NCBI GenBank assembly: GCA_964270895.1
Contig: OZ185442.1
Source: Podarcis filfolensis
Taxonomy: Eukaryota
Length of the DNA stretch: 64,000 bases
Reading direction: 5' to 3' (one strand)
How positions within the stretch are numbered: the first letter of the stretch is position 1; each line of letters starts with the position of its first letter. The translations under genes and the position numbers were made by a program. Of the stretch, positions 62,436 to 64,000 are shown one piece after another. The notes beneath the pieces were generated by a model. It was not told where the DNA came from. It worked only from the letters and a program-made list of their open reading frames with translations, and ran no database searches.

Positions 62436-64000
62436 GACTTACTATTTCAACATGTGTGATGAGCCATACCATGAATTGTATTTTAATTCTACATATAGTA
62501 GTTCCAAAAATCATGCCAGGTGGGTTGAAATTTAGTTTCTTTCAATGTTTTAGTGTATATATATGATCCTTTACTGAGCTGTCAGCTTAAAGTGATCATG
62601 TGTCCATCTATCAATATTGGGTGCAGTGCATGTTTTAAAAATGTTTCTGGGAACTGACTGCCTTGAGTTTGCTATAGGATTTTACCTAAGGATTGTTGTA
62701 TGTTAGACTTAAAGGAAATGTAATTGGAAACAGCCTTCCCATGGTGTCTGCCCTGACTGAGACATAGAGAACTACATACCCCATGAATTGTTATTGCACT
62801 GTCTGTACAAACTTGGCATGGGAATTGTTCACCATGGAGAGCTAACATGCTGCAGGGCGCTGGATGAATTTGAGAGACCTGAATTCAAATCCCTGTTGAG
62901 CCTTGAAGTAACTGGGGCCAGTCCTCTCTGTTTAATCCAGTGTTAGAAATCAGCCAGGTGCTAGGCATGTTTTGCAATTGGCACAGGTCCAACTGCAACC
63001 ACAAAATGCCAGGTTGGTTTCTGGGGAAAACAAAATGTAATTTAGAGAAGGATCTGAAATATTTTCCTTGAAACTTGAATTTGTTTTATTTTGAATTGTT
63101 TTATTTGATGTTTTAATGTGTTGTAAACCACTTTGATTTGTTCTTTAAAATATAAAGTGGTATAGAAATGAAAACAACAGCAACAAACTTCATTGGGGGG
63201 GCATTCCATTGTGGTGACTGTAACCTAGGTTTAAGGTGCCATTGGGTATTAGATTATATTTCTGAGTTTCTAACACTGGTAAACTAATTAACAGGATTGT
63301 TGTGAGGATCAAATGCACTGACATAATATACTGCACCTTAAGCTTCTTGGAGGAAGGCAGGAATGCAATTGAGATTAAACCAGTGGTATCACTGTGGTTA
63401 AGTATAACTATTATTCCAGTTGTAAACTACTACTTCTTTTTTGCTTTCTGAAACAATTAGTGCTTGCTAGAAATAAGCAAATGATCCCTAATTTCAGACA
63501 ATGCCGGCAGTTAGATGCACATTTGGTGGAGGCCAGGTGATTGTATGCTATTGCCTATTGTCCTCCTTCCTCAATCCAGAGGAATTCCTGGAGCATTTGT
63601 GCTTCTGTAGTTAATTTGTAGGCTCCTTCATATTCCAAGGCTTCCAGTTTGACCTCCAAAGCACCTAGAAAGAGGTAATGACACGTTAAAGCAAGATTTT
63701 ATGGGTGGCCACTGCATTGCACTGATGCTATTGCTGACATTGAGCTTTGTTTTTTCATGCCAAAGCCCTAATAATATATAATCCAATGATTTAAAAGATA
63801 AGACCAATGTATATGTACATGCATTTAGCTCTCTTTTCTTGTATTTATTTTTAGTTAAGACAGAGCATTAATTTCAGAAGAGCTATTTTTGATAGATTGG
63901 TGATTGCTTGTTTCAGAATTTGATACGTGAATCGTTATGGGATTTCAACTGAAAAAATGTCCTTCCCACTGTGTCACAACAGTGCTATTTATTCAGCCTG

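Overview
Vertebrate genomic DNA, most likely a squamate lizard (probably a lacertid, inferred from Sauria/Squam1-type SINEs, Bov-B and CR1 tails). On the minus strand it holds a complete 17-exon SPG7 (paraplegin) gene: I joined the exons by hand into an open 2352-nt CDS (783 aa), all introns GT-AG. Downstream of SPG7 lie the first two exons of RPL13, with a SNORD68-like C/D snoRNA in intron 2. A CpG island at about 53.6-54.6 kb with a plus-strand splice donor is probably the non-coding first exon of ANKRD11; that call rests on synteny only. The most striking accessory element is a full-length 6.3-kb non-LTR retrotransposon (RTE-X-like, by inference) in SPG7 intron 3. It has a perfect 12-bp TSD, two intact ORFs, an L1-like YY1 5' end and an unusually long, unrecognised ORF1. 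ORF1 and ORF2 are in the same frame, separated by one UGA in the UGA-CUA readthrough context. A second family of the same clade shares a covarying 3' stem-loop. Also present are a 5S rRNA-CR1 chimera candidate, a pogo/Tigger-type MITE with a hairpin minisatellite, hAT MITEs and many SINEs. No database searches were run; family names come from recalled motifs.
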